The notes under the pieces: model-generated | The model's database searches: none | Told to the model about the DNA's origin: nothing | The model's input: the letters and a program-made list of their open reading frames with translations, nothing else | Assembly: GCA_964016885.1 (NCBI GenBank) | Contig: OZ024745.1 | Location: 114,886,001 to 114,950,000 of the forward strand | Reading direction: 5' to 3' | Length of the DNA stretch: 64,000 nt | DNA from: Eledone cirrhosa | Taxonomy: Eukaryota | Position numbers and translations under genes: made by a program | Part shown: one piece after another, positions 24,346-38,494 of the stretch | Layout: each line of letters opens with the position of its first letter | Numbering within the stretch: position 1 is the stretch's first letter

Positions 24346-26600
24346 CAGAAAGTTTAAGATTATGTCTTATCTATGAGTTGGGTGAATATGGTATTATGTG
24401 AGAAATACAACCAATTTTTTTCTTCAATTTATGCTTGCATACAGAAATCATTACAGTGGATATTCTATCAATACATAACAATGGATGGAGAGAGAGGGAG
24501 GGGAAAAAACATTTTCTAAGTTAATCATGATGTATGTGGCTCATTTCCAATAGCAACTGGTATCGAAGGATCAAACACACATACTGATAGTCATGTAAAT
24601 GGAGAGAGTTGTTATTTGGATACTGCATGATAATTGCACCAACAAACATTGCTGACATCATCATCATCATATGTCCACTTTCCACACTTGCATGGACTGG
24701 ATAGGTTGTCAAAGCCCAAGATCTGATAGGTTCGAGCAACTTCATCTTGCTCATACATTCCATGTTCAACATGGTTTCTATGTCTGGATGCCTAATATCT
24801 AAATATATATAAATACATCATCAATTAACGTCTATCTTCCCTGCTAGCATGGGTTAGACGGGTTTGTCCCATTTAGAGGCAAGTTGGGTCGAGTGACCAT
24901 GTCTCGCTCATATAGGAATGTTTCTGTCTGGTTTTTTATGGCTGGATGCCCTTCCTAACATCAACCACATTGACAGTGTGTGCTGAGTGCTTTTTGCCAT
25001 GTCTTTTACACGTCCACTTTATATATGTGTGTGTGTGTTTATGTATAATTGTCTGCATGTAACATGACTAAGAAGAATTAAATCAACTCTCAGCTTTTTC
25101 TTAAAATGCCAGTCATAGAAAAATGATTAGGAGCAGTTTCATTTAACCCTATTTACATTACTCTATATTTACTATTGTATTTTCATGGTAAAGGCTTTAT
25201 CTCACATAATCATCTCACCTAATATTAAATCTATGAGATTTTGATACTTATTTTGAAAACAATGCCCTAACATCAGTATGAGTGGCTGGTTACAGCCAAT
25301 TTGAACAGAAAGAAGTGAGAGAATTCTGACTGGATACAGCAGATTTAAATGCTGAAGGGTTAAACTGAAATGGTTTGTTGGCCAACAAATAGTTGTTGAA
25401 AATGTTATAGTAATTTCTGTTTTTGTAACACCCAAGTCAGCTCTGATTAAATACCTATATTATGCGGTTATCTTGTCTTTCTTTTACAGTAATAATATAT
25501 ATAAAATTACATTTTTTAATGTGTCGTTCCTTGATATTTTAAGGCAGGCTGTGATTTGTGTAAGATTTAGCTAACAGGATAAGTGAATTTATAGCAGCTC
25601 CATTTTTATTGTCATTTTGTGGGGGGGGGGGTTTCTTATTTGTTTATAGACATATCTGTTACTCTAAGATAGATCACAAACTCATGATGAACAGCTATTT
25701 TCTTTTTACTGAGCAAAAATCAGTTACAACAACTACCAATAACAATAATAATAATTTTATTTACCACAGAGGTGACAGATAAAAGAACATTACAAGGGCA
25801 AATATAATAATAACTAATAGGTTACTGTGTCAATTAAAAACACAACTCAAGTTCCTGACAAGTTGAGAGTTATGTTAACAGGTAAAAAATTATTTAACTA
25901 GATCAATTGAAATGAACCAGAAATTCTCAACTAAGGAATGTGATATGACCACCCCATACATATTCCCTGCCTATATTCAGTAGTGGTGGGTTAGGTAACC
26001 AGCCAACTAGCCAGCCATTAATCTGCTCACCTACTCTGCTATTGGGTCCAATGAACAGAGATGGTAACATTTGACGTAATCAAGATAAAATATGAGTGAC
26101 CTGAAAAGGGGATATTGAATAACTCTCTAAAGTGTTACAGTACATAGGCACAGAGATGGTACAGGGGTGTCACTGATAATAATAATGGTATGTCAAGAAG
26201 ATTTTTTTTCTCACGTGAGAGTTGGGGACTTCTTTTAACTATTTCATTGCCATATTTCTAATGAAATACACTATATTTGAATTACTTAATGATAATTTTA
26301 CTGGGATATACTAAAATAATTATTTCATTATTAAGAGTGTATTTGTAACATAACAAAAAGTTCTTATATCAAATTATCTAAGATAAGTTTGAATTAAATA
26401 AGAACACTTTACAATGGGTAGTTTTGTTTTAAAGACCCACAAGCAAGTTTAAGTAGGTTGGTATTAAAGGGGTTGAATTAGAATACCAGCAAAATGTGAA
26501 CTTAAATGTAACTTTGTAGAAATAACTAGACAAATTTATAAGAATACAAACTTATTATAGCAGCAACAAGACTGAGTTAGGAAATACACTGTGTATATAT

Positions 26601-27160
26601 TTCATCATCATCATCATCAACGTTTAACGTCCGTGTTCCACGCTTGCATGGGTTTGGACGGGGGGTAGTCCCACTTGAGGCAAGAGTGATTGTCTTGCTC
26701 GCATAGGACTGTCTGGCAGGTTTTCTACAGTTGGATGCCCTTCCTAACACCAACCACATTTACAGTGTGGGTCTGGGAGGTTTTTACCGTGTTGCCTACA
26801 CGGCCACATTACAGCGTGGACTGTGTGTTTTTTTGTCGTGACACCGACACGATCTCATTTGTTTCGGCCTGGATGGCGCGGCACCAACATAACTTTACAT
26901 AGAACGGGGTGGTGTGGATGGGGTGGGGGTGGGGGTGGTGGGACGGGGTGTATTTTGTTAGAGATGCCTACTGGCTGGAGTAGGTTTTACTATATATTTA
27001 GGTAAGGCGGGTCTTCTCTGTTACTGAGTACCGCCAAAGGTCTCGGTCTCGGTCCAGTGACATTGTCTTGGAGAGGTGTAAGTGTGTGATGTCGGAGTTT
27101 ATCAGCTCGTCCCAGGTTTTTCTAGGTCTGCCTATTCCGTGACTACCGTCTATCTTTATT
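26601..27160 (-). mobile_element. RTE LINE 3' end (ORF C-terminus, 3'UTR, (ATG)n tail)
   Basis: Minus strand encodes GRPRKTWDELINSD followed by the same UTR modules and (gat)n tail as 27391-27830. Confidence 0.75.
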
Positions 27161-27390
27161 GCCCTGCACTTTGTTATACATTTGTGTGTGTAAATTTGAA
27201 AGAGTTACAGATGGGGGTATATATAAATATACAAACATGCATAACACACTATTATGGTTGATTGATTTACTATTTAGACACAAAGTCTATTTTTGTAAAG
27301 AAAAACTTAGTATAAGAGGAATTGGATGTATATATATATAACATACATACATACATACATAATATACATGTATATACATACACACATATA

Positions 27391-30300
27391 TCATCATCAT
27401 CACCGTTTTACGTCCGTTCTTCCATGCTAGCATGGGTTAGATGGGTTGTCCTGTTGTGGGCAATGTTAGGTCGGCTGACCTTGTCTTGCTCATACGGGAA
27501 CTGATTCTCGCTTGATTGCTACAGCTGGATGCCCTTCCTAACACCAACCTCATTTACAGTGAGTGCTGGGTGCTTTTTTTCCGTGGCGCCTACACGTCCA
27601 CTTTACAGTGTGGGCTGGGTGCTTTTTTGCTGTGGCACCTCCACGACCCCTTTGCAGTGGGAGGGGGTGGGGGCATATTGTCCATATGCTTCAGTTTCTG
27701 CTTGTACCCGTGGGGGGATCGGGTCTTCTGTATTACTGCACGACGCCAGAGGTCACGGCCGTGTGTCATCGCCTTTGAGAGGTGTAATTGGGCAAGGTTG
27801 GCTTTTATCACCTCATCCCAGGTCTTCTTGGGTCTCTAGACTCCGCAGTTTCCATCGACTTCTAGTGCTCTGCACCTTTTTATGCAGCTGTCATCCTTCA
27901 TACGCATCACATGTCCATACCAACGCAGCCGCCTCTCCTGCACACAGCATTTGATTCTTCTTATGTTCAGTCTCTCTTTCAATTCATTTATGCTTTGCCG
28001 TTCGCGTATATTACTATTACACATCCATCAGAGCATGCAGGCTTCGTTTCTTTCTAATCTACGCAAGTCTTCCACAGACAGCGCCCAGGTCTCACTACCA
28101 TGTAACATTGCTGTTCGTATACACGTATCATACAGTCTGCCTTTCATTTTGAGGGAAAAGCCTTTTGCAGCTAGCAGTGGCTCCCTGAACTTCTTCCATC
28201 CCGTTCTTACCCTAGTTATTGTACTTTCCGAACACCCACCTCCACTGCTAATTCGGTCACCTAGGTAGCAGAAGCTGTCTACTGTTTCTACAGAGCCCTC
28301 CCAGAGTTTGGTGGTACTTGTTTCCTGTGACTGCTTGCTGTCCCAGTGCAGCTGCTACATGTGAAGGCTACATTCTTAGTTAAGCTTCCTGAGATCCCGC
28401 TACATCTCTTGTGTACCCCTTGTTTGCATTTGGGACAGAGAATGGAGTTCCTACCTACAACTTTCCTACATACTGAGCAAGGCCATTTCCCTGAGGGGAT
28501 CTGGGTTCTGTTTTCTCGTCCACATACAAGGACCTTAGTCTTTGTCAGGTTGACTTTGAGACCCTTTCTTTCTAGTCCCTGCTTCCAAGTTTGGAATTTC
28601 TTCTCTAGTTCTACCATAGATTCGGCTATAAGTGTGAGGTCATCTGCATACAGGAGGTCTTAAACTCCTCCATTATTGACTGCAGGACTATGATGAACAG
28701 GAGAGGGCTAAGAACAGAGCCCTGTATGCTAAATTCTTCACTATACTCATTGCTAATCCTAACTTTGCTGACTGCTCCCCTATATATGGCTTGTACAGCT
28801 TTCACAAGCCATTCATCTACTCCTAGTTTTCTAAGGGCCCACCAGATTATAGCACAGGGAACTCTGTCAAAGGCTTTCTCGAGATCAACGAATGCCAGGT
28901 AGTGTGGCTTACTTTTAGCTAGGTACTTTTCCTGTAACTACCTCACAAGGAAGAGGGCATCAGTGGTGCCTCTTCCTGGCACAAACCCAAATTGCATCTC
29001 ATCTAGTTTCACCCGGTCCCTAATCAACTGTGCTATAACTCTTTCTGTTACTTGCATGACCTGGTCCATCAGCTTTATACCTCTATAGTTTCCTCTATCT
29101 AGTGCATCACCTTTACCTTTGTAGCAGATGACAATGATGCTACTGCACCAATCCTTTGGTATGACACCTAGTATTACCTGGTTAACAATACGTGTGGTTA
29201 TGGTGTAACCTACCTACCCAGATGCCTTCAGCATCTCGGCAACTATACCCGATGGACCGGTTGCCTTCCCCGTCTTCATATCTTTGATTGCCTTACTTAC
29301 TACGCTGCTGCTGACTTGTACTGCTGGCCCCTCTATAGGGTCTACTTGGGGTAGGGTCTCTTCTTCCCATGCATTCTCCTCATTTAGTAATCTATCATAA
29401 TGTCTCTTCCCCGCATCTTTCTTCTCAGCACTTGTGAGGGCAAGCTCACCTTTATCATTCCGGATACACTTCTCTCCAATGACATCACAATTCTCTCTGA
29501 CATACTGCCTCGCAATCTTGAACACCACCTGTTTCTGGTCCTCACGTTGCAAAACATGCTTGAATTTTCTATCCTCTGCTTCCCTCCTAGCTAAGTATAC
29601 TTGTCGCCTAGCTTCCCTCCTGTTCTCTATGTAATGTACCCTGCTTCCCCTGTTCTTCCATTCTTTCCATGCCTGTCTCTTGGCCTTAACTGCCTCATCT
29701 ACCTTATTGTTCCACTCTCCTCCTGCCTGTGGTCTTACTCCAGCCACAGATCTCATCCGTCACCTTTAGTAAGTTATTTTTTAGGAACTCCCAGTGCTCT
29801 TCTACATTGAATGTCTCTATCTGTTCTTCTATACTGTCATAGGCGTTGAGTAAAATATCTTTAAATCCGTTACTGGCTGAGGGGTCTTTCAGCTTCCAGA
29901 TCTTTCTTCTCCAGGTTGGCTTCTGTTTCCAGGTTCGTCTAGTTCTGACCGTGAGGTCGCTGACAACTAAGCTATGTTGGGAGGTACATTCCTCACTAGG
30001 GAAGGCTTTTGTGTTTACGACCGTCCATCTGTCACGTCCTCTGATGAGGATAAAATCTATCTGACTAGAATGCTCCCCTGATCTGCAGATGATCAGGTGG
30101 GTTTTTTGAAGTTTGTGTTACATATCAACATGTCATTGGTGCCGCAGAATTCTATAAGCCTGAATCCTTCTTCGTTTCTTGTGCCAACCCCATGGCTTCC
30201 ATGGACTCTATAGAAGCTGTCACGGTGTTTCCCTACGTGTCCGTTAAAATCTCCTGCAATGATTAGGAAGTCATTGTCGTTTGTTAGAGCAGTAGTGTGC

Positions 30301-30418
30301 ATTAGAGACTCGTAAAACCTATCCTTAAGTTCGTCTGGCAACCCCAATTGGGGTGCGTAAGCTGATATTGGGGTAATTGTTTTATTCAGGACTAGTCTGA
30401 GTTTAATTATTGTGGTAA
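27391..30418 (-). mobile_element. 5'-truncated, decayed RTE-clade LINE (APE endonuclease, RT, PHD-like finger, 3'UTR, (ATG)n tail)
   Basis: ISAYAPQ..IIAGDFNGHVG (APE); KATGPSGI; LYADDL at about 28639-28650; RRLRWYGHVMRM; several stops and frameshifts; microsatellites on both flanks. Confidence 0.95.
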
Positions 30419-30499
30419 ATATATATATATACACACACACATATACATACACACATATATATATGTATATACCTGCACACGCACACACACACACACGAT

Positions 30500-30808
30500 G
30501 GAGGCACATCGCTTAGTGGTTAGAGCATTGGCCTTGCAATCGAAAGGTTGTGAGTTCAATTCTCAGACCGGGTGATGTGTTGTTTCCTTGAGCAAGACAC
30601 TTTATTTCACATTGTTCCAGTTTACTCAACTGTAGAAATGAGATGATAGGACTGGGGTCCCTATCATTCCACTGTAAAGTGGTTGTGGAGGTGCCACGGC
30701 AAAAAAGCACCCAGCTTTAGAAATCCAGCTGTAGAAATCAAGCCAGAATCAGTTCCCGTTCCACCCTTGCAAGCAGGGAAAAGCGAACGTAAAATGATGA
30801 TGATGATA
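30500..30808 (+). mobile_element. CORE-SINE with RTE-derived 3' tail
   Basis: tRNA head ggaggcacatcgcttagtggttagagc, CORE block ccttgagcaagacactttatttc, tail ending cgtaaaa(tga)n; nearly identical to 41387-41735. Confidence 0.9.
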
Positions 30809-31227
30809 TACCTACACACATATATATACAGTATACCCCCGGCATTCATGTTCCCTGTTATTTGTGGAATTTGCCTTAGAACCTAACAAATAATTGTTTG
30901 TGGAAACCACTACACATTCGCGGAATAGTAAATATCTTTCGCAATTTTTTTAATGGGTTTTTAACGCTACATATTTGCCACCTTGGACACCCTTTCACAT
31001 AAGACACTCCCTCTTTTTTTATTATATTTTACATGCAAAGTGGTCGTGGAGGTGCCACGGCAAAAAAGCACCCAGCACTCACTGTAAATGAGGTTGGTGG
31101 TAGCAAGGGTATCCAGCTGTAGAAATCAAGCCAGAATTAGTTCCCATCCCACCCTTGCAAGCAGGGAAAAGCGGTCGTAAAATGAAATGATGATGATGAT
31201 GATAATTATTATTATTATATTTATAAG

Positions 31228-31470
31228 GTGGAAAACTGGGAGAGGGCACTTTCCTTGGTGGTCAGGGTCACTGTGGCCTTTTACTGGGCTTTCTCCACAA
31301 ATGTCCCTCCGAAGTCTCCCCCCTATTCGGGAATTTTTCATTGTTATTTTTTGTTACATCCTCTGTTTTTGTTTTTTTACATGCAGAAATGCCCATTTGT
31401 ACCGTACTGTATTGTCCTGCACTGTCCTTAATGTCTACTTTATGTAAACCCTTGTGGTTAATAAAGAAAT
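31228..31470 (+). mobile_element. Tx1/L1-type LINE 3'UTR fragment
   Basis: Ends aataaagaaat, the same terminus as the element at 51121-52380; preceded by an (att)n run. Confidence 0.55.
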
Positions 31471-32095
31471 CATTATATTTGGACGTTTACAGACATTTTT
31501 ATGGACCACGTCCAATATTCATGGTTTTTCACGCTTTGCGAGTGCCTCTAGGAACGTTATCCCTGCAAATACCAGGAGACACCTACATATATCATCATCA
31601 TCATTTAACATCCATCTTCCTCACTAGCATGGGTTAGATGGGTCTGTCCCATTTAGAGGCAAGTTGGGTCGGGTGACTGTGTGTTGCTCATATAGGACCG
31701 TTTCTGGCTGGTTATCTACGGCTGGATGCCCTTCCTAGTGCCAACCACACTTACACACACACACACCTACTGCCAATACACACACACACACGTTATGATA
31801 ATTAGTGTTGGCTGATCCATTGAATTGACCAATAATATTGTAATCAGGCGGAAGCACTCAACGTCATGGATGACAGAAGGTATTACATATATGGTATCAG
31901 AGTATCAATATCAAGAAAAGAGAGACTGGGGTTACATAACTATGATTGATTAGTCACTATAACAATTTATCATGATCAATCAACCTTCTGAAACGATCGT
32001 AAAACAATGAACTGATTAAGCACTAAATTTCGTCTTTTGTTTTCATAACTTTCTCTAACTACTCTTTCATGTATCTGTTCTCCTCCTATCCAAAC

Positions 32096-32131
32096 TTTCC
32101 TCAAGAAGGACTTCTGTCCAAAACGTCGAAA
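32096..32131 (+). ncRNA. Degenerate minimal hammerhead motif
   Basis: tttc-CTCAAGA-a-ggac-ttct-gtcc-AAAA-cg-TC-gaaa: all stems pair; two core substitutions relative to CTGANGA/GAAA. Confidence 0.55.
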
Positions 32132-35100
32132 CCTCCACTTCCACCAAGTGTTAACCTAATGTAACTGTGTAAAAATTGCCTCCTGTGTTTTGTTTGTTTC
32201 ATTTATCAACTATACACACACACACGCACACACAAATATATGTATATGTATACAGATATATGTATACATACACACACATCTATCCACACACACATATACA
32301 CACACATACATGTGTACATATATTACACCATCACACATAGATGAATGAGTATGTTTGTAAGGAAGAGTAAGAAGTGGAGTAGAGGAAGAATGAACAATGA
32401 AATTACAAAAGAAATATCAAAAGCTTGCTAAACTAATTAAAAAGTCGTTACTTAATACTTAATACTATGTCTGAATGAGAAACTCTGAAGCAGCAGACAA
32501 TAGCTTTTGTTACAATACTATAAACAGTGTATAGTCGTAACTTGTTATTATTTTGTTAAGTCATATGGCTTCAGTGTTGCATTAGTAAATTCAGTACCAT
32601 TATCTTAACTGTTCCTCATTCTCATCATCATCATCAACCCATCTTACTCATTATGTTCCATGTTTTTCATGGTTTCTACGGCTGGATGCCATTCTTAACA
32701 CCAACCAGCTTATGGGGCCTATTGGGTGTGTTCTTTTGGACACCAACACTTTACAGGGTGTACTGGGTTTTTTGGGGGTTTTTTTGGTGACACCAGCACT
32801 TGAAAGGTTGTCACATGTTAAACCAGATTGAAGAGTCCTCTTTGACCCTATGCTGTCTTTGTTCAATTGCTAAACACTAACCTCTAGTCTTTCAACACAG
32901 TTAGTTTTAGCATTACTGTGCTTGTGCTAGTTGACAGGTCTTTTTACTTATGACAATGATGATCAACACCACCATTATGGTAGTTTTTACATGTAAGAAA
33001 ATATAATTTAATTAAAATCTCTTTATTTCTTTTTCTTATTATTATTGGTTGTTTCAAGGACTTATGTGACTGACCGAAACAATAAAGAACCAGATTAATT
33101 GCTTTATAGTATATAATTACATGCCTTTATGTGCTAAGTTCAAATCCTGCTGACATTGTCTTTCATCTAACCAGGGTTGATCAAATAATTACCAGAAAAT
33201 GGAGAGGCTGTTCAGTTGAGTCAATGACCAGCAAACTCTCTAGAGCTGGTGTCATGGTAAAACACACCCAGTACACTCTATAAGTGTTAGGAAAGGTTTC
33301 CAGCTATAAAAACCAAGCCAAAGGATTGAGAGGACCCTTTGCCCATGACACAATGACGTCTCTAATGCTGGTGCCATGAAAAGGACACCCAGTACACCCT
33401 GGTAGGTGGTTGGTGATAGGAAAGGCATCTAGCCATAGAAACCGTGACAAGGGGTTGAGAGGATTCTTCAATTGTGCTAGAGACATGACAACCTTCCTTG
33501 TACTGGTACTATGAAAATGCACTCAGAGCATTCAGTAGAGAAAGAGTGTGCATGATTATTTATTTTATCTGTCTCAAATGGATAGCAAATTTTCACAGAA
33601 AGCTATCTGCAATAGAGTGGCATTCTGTCCGTGAGGAAGATCTATCCTTCATTCACTTTACACCATGAAACTGTACTTAAGTACTGCCCCTTAAATTCAT
33701 CCGAGTACTTTTCACAATTTTACTCAAGTGAATTCAAAACCACACCATCTAAACAATGTGTTGATTAGCTGATTCAGTGGATTTTTGCCCCTTTCTCAGA
33801 CATAAAATGAGGGGTCAACTTATATTCAAGTTTATACAGTATTTCCTTTAGTTTTACTTTTAAATCTCTTCTGTATTTTAAATGTTGATTAGCAATTACT
33901 ATTCTCTCTCTCTCTCTTCAAAGCCATTTGGGATTTTTAATTTTAAAGTTGCTTCTAAAAATAAATAGAAAAAATAAACAGTGTCTTATGTTGTCACTCA
34001 ACAAAGTTTTTAACACTATTGTATTCTATTGAAAGAATGTAATCCAGCCAGTTCTCTGTGAAGTTTTGGTTAAAATTAGTGGTTTGATGATTTTTATGGC
34101 TGACAGCCAAAACAAAATCTGACCTCAGCTTATACAATAAAGAAGTTCTTGTCCCTTAAGACTATCTGATACATTATTTTTCAATCTGTTTGGATGCAAA
34201 ATTATCTTAATCTTCCAAAATAAAAATGGATAAATAAAATATGAAACTGTTTGGTATCCGGTTACAAATACTGATTTGTGTGATGTGTTTTCTGTGTGTG
34301 TCCAGTTTTGAATAGAAACTCTATATCCTTGCATATTGTAACTGTCAACTAAAAGGGGCGGTGGCTAGAAGGGCATCTTGCTGTAAAATGCCTCAAAAAT
34401 AACCCTGTGGTGAATATGAAGCCTATCATAAGGCCTGCGAGGCTAACACCTACTTCATCAGGGGAAATGGCTTTAAAACACTGGTTGTTGTTGATGGTGA
34501 TAGTGTGTGTGTATTCCGAAATTCAATAGTTAAATTGCTTACCAAAAGATGGTTATAATTGAATTGTTTACCATAACAAGATGCTGTGTAAAATCATTGT
34601 AATGTACCCTTTAAACTTTGAGTAGCCTCTTTCTTTATGATACCCTACAATCGGTCTAAACAAAAACAAAGTGCACATACAGATCCAGAATATGCTATGT
34701 AAAGTGTAACTGATCCTTTGATCCTTACATGCAAAGGAACTATTTTAAAAAAATGGTTTTCATGGAGAAAATGAAAAAATGATAAACATCTTTAATCGAT
34801 TTTAGGATCTTATTGAACCTTCATCAGAAGCTGTGTATATCATCCAATCAAGCACATGATAGGTGTATACATACCTGTTTGCTCTTATATTATTCTGAAA
34901 TGGACTTACTAATTTGCATATAATTAGTGTTCATGTTGGTCATTAATTAAGATATATAGTAAGAAGTCTGCTTACAGCTGAAGTTTATGATAAAGTTATA
35001 TCTGTATAGAGTGTGTAACCTAGACTGCACTGTGTATAAATATATACAAGTATCTAATATATAGGCATTAAAGATGTTTATTATTTTTTCAATTTACAGG

Positions 35101-38100
35101 GAAATTCTTATTTTCTGGCAAGTTTACCAGCTTACATATTAGACATGTGTATATATTTATACATGTTGGTGCAGTCTCAGTTACACAGTATTTATACAGA
35201 TCTAACTTTAACATACACTTTGGCTATTAACACACTACTTACTATATATATGGCTTGTTTCTATTACAACAACCACTGGAGCTTCCACATAGATATAAGC
35301 AAGTGTTGGGCAGCAACGGAGGTAGCCAGCTAAAGAATGACGTATTTGGTATACTATTTGTGAGTCATTTCCAAATATTTGGTTGACTTCCTCAAATTGT
35401 AGGTTTGCTCCAGCAGATCTAACCAGAGTTACTCAACTATGACAGTAGTATCAATAATGAGGAAATTGAAAATTTTTTAGTAGTATTTAGTGTTAATTAC
35501 TAGTATTTCTTTAGTAAATTATTTTTTTTACAACATGTAAGTTAAAAAAGAAACCTAACCATTACAATATCAGCATAAAGTAATTAAGTGTGAGTTTGAA
35601 AAGAAAAATCATTGAAATATTTCTTCTCCTTTCCAATAAGCAATCTGCTTGTAAAATGAATATCGGCCCAATATTTTGCTAGCTAGGCTTTTGTTTCTTC
35701 CTTATTAAACCTGACTTATGATAGAAAGAAAAATTCTTGTTTTAGTGTTCATTCATCATCAACACTATCATTTTTACATAATCTGCATTTATATGATGGC
35801 ATGGGCTGAATGAAAGTTTTTTAAAGACAACTATTCTAGAGCCAAATGCCCTTCATGGTGCAACCCACACTTCATTTTTAAACTATGGTATATACAGCTG
35901 AGTTCTATCAAACCACTAAGCCAAAGGAGCTTTTGGTTATCTGGGATATAAACAATTGTTACTGCTTGCTTTAAACAGTGTTGATATGAAGATGCATAGA
36001 AGCAGAAACATACACATATAGTCCTATTTAAATCAAAATCATCTAGAATTTTATGTAAGAACCCTTTTGTTATGTTTTAAACATAATAATAATTTCTGAT
36101 TTAGGCATAAGGCCAATAATTTGGGGGGAGGGGAAAGTCGATTAAATCAATCCCAGTGCATTACTGGTACTTTGACACTGTAAGGAAGAAAGGCATACCT
36201 AATCTCAGCAGGATTTGCAATCAGAACATAAAAAGACATAACTATATGTCACAAAGCATGTCCAATGCTCTACCGATACTGCCAATCCACCACCCAAAAC
36301 ACCAGCTTAATAGCGGTTTCTGATTTAGGCACAGGGACAACAATTTTGAGGAAGGGGAAAGCTGATTAAATTGACCCCAGTGTGTTACTGGTGCTTCATT
36401 TTATTGACTCCCGTAAGGATAAAAGGCAAAGCTAACCTTGGCGAAATTCAAACTCAGAACATAAAGGGACGTAACTATATGCCATAAAGCATATTGTCTT
36501 ACACTCTATTGATACTGCCAATCAACCGCCCTAAACACCTGCTTAATAACAAAACCGTTATTTTAGTAAATCAATCCATTTTCAAAATTAATCGAAACAC
36601 ATAAGCAGTATATTTCATTAAATATACGATCACCAAAGAGTAACTCAACCAATCTATTGACAATGCAATAGTTTTTTTTCTTTTGTTCTTTCAGATTCAA
36701 TTTTTTGTTTTTACTTACAGAATATTTATAGTATACCGCTATTCCTTTTGAATCTTGGTGTTCTTTGCTGTAGACATATTATTAACTTTCATCTTTAAAA
36801 TGTCAAGACAGACACAATTTCAACAGTAGCAAAGCATAATACTATCATTTCTATTGAAAAAGTCCTTTCATTCCTGTAAGATGGTTGATGATAGAGAAGG
36901 AGGGCCTCCAGCTGTAGAAACTATGCCAAAAAGGGATATTTCTCTGTGTCAAAAATTTAATGCATTTTCTTAGATTTATATTCCAGTTGATTTCTCTACA
37001 AGATCTTTACAGCTACTGTTTCTCCATGTTTAACAATAGTGAAATTTGACGAATGACTGAAGTTAAAAAGCTAGACTACTGGTCTCATAACGAGTTCAAA
37101 CTGTATAAGTTTGGCTACTGCATTTGACCTCCAGAGAGAGCATTGCATGCATCAGTCACTCTGGCTGACATACAGGTTCAACTACTACTTTCATATATAA
37201 GTGATTAACTGTAAGAAGTGCATGCAACTGTAAAATCAAATTACAACAAATAAGCAAAATATCAATATTTTCAAACATATTTCATCCTCACTCATACTAG
37301 ATAAAACAAATAGATGTAGAACAGTGCCCATGCCACAAAATTAATTGACTAAAGTATCTAATAAATATTAATATTAATGTAAAAATGAAAATGTTAATAT
37401 TAATGTCTTTTTTTTTTTGCTGGATCATAAAGAAAATATAAAACATAACTAGTATTTTATTACATTTGCTTGAATAATAGTGTTTTGAGATCAAATAGAA
37501 TAAAAGAGAAAGAAACACTATGTAAGTCATTGTATCTGCTGCAGTAATTATTTCAAATAATTTTTGTTGTTCTATTCTATTATATTTTATTCTGTTTCTA
37601 ATTCTAATCAAAATCTATTTATGCCTGCATTAATTCTGTTAAATAAATAATTTTAGAAACAAACACTACTTTGAAATGCCAAAATATCTTCACAAATTCT
37701 TAATTACTTTGTAAACCTACACACACACTTGCATGCATATGCATACTTTCATTGGTAACCTAAGAGAAAAGAAGTAGGATAATTTAGATTTTACTAAACT
37801 GGAACAGCTGGTTGAGTTTAGTGCCATTAATATTTAATTTGGATTGTTACAGATCTAATATAGAATAGAAGATGAAGTAAAGGAAAGAGAAAAATGGAAA
37901 TAAAGGGGAAAAGAAGAGAGTTAGGTATGTTGAGGCCATCAAAATACACAAAAATTTCAACAGTGACTTCGAAGTTGAGAATCCAACGAAGCCAGACCAT
38001 TTCCCTGCTCAACTTCACACTAAAAAAAAAACACAAAAGGGATAGGAAAGCTGCCTGCAGTTTAAATTATGTTTAGTATGAGGAATGATTTCACCTACAT

Positions 38101-38281
38101 TACATGTGTTACATTAATTGACTAGCCCTTCCCTATAAATGTCTGGCTTTGTGCTAATGTGAACATTTAATATTTAATAAGGATCATTGGCAAAGATGGA
38201 AATCCTGATGGATGCAGTGCAAAAGAATAAATGAGAGTGGAAAGAAGAAGAAGAAAGACAAGTGCATTAAAAAAGTATTAA

Positions 38282-38494
38282 CCCTCTAGCATTTAAACCG
38301 GCCATATTAGGCCAGAATTCTCTCACCTCTCTCTGTTCAAACCAGCTGTAACTGGCCACTCTTACTTATGTTAAGGTACTGTTCTCAAAATAAATAATAT
38401 CAAAATCTCATAGAGTCGATATTATGTGAGATATGTGAAATAAAGTCTTTTATCATGAAAATACAATAGTATATATAATGTAAATGCTAAAGGG
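38282..38494. mobile_element. piggyBac-type MITE, 213 bp
   Basis: TTAA on both sides, CCC...GGG termini, 14-bp TIRs ccctctagcattta/taaatgctaaaggg (1 mismatch). Confidence 0.88.

Noticed and set aside
30500-30572. tRNA-like sequence (also at 41387)
   Set aside because: Continues into CORE domain and LINE tail; it is a SINE head, not a tRNA gene.
35281-35292. ATG TGG AAG (MWK) as possible CLINT1 first exon
   Set aside because: Followed by LQWLL and a stop, with no donor.
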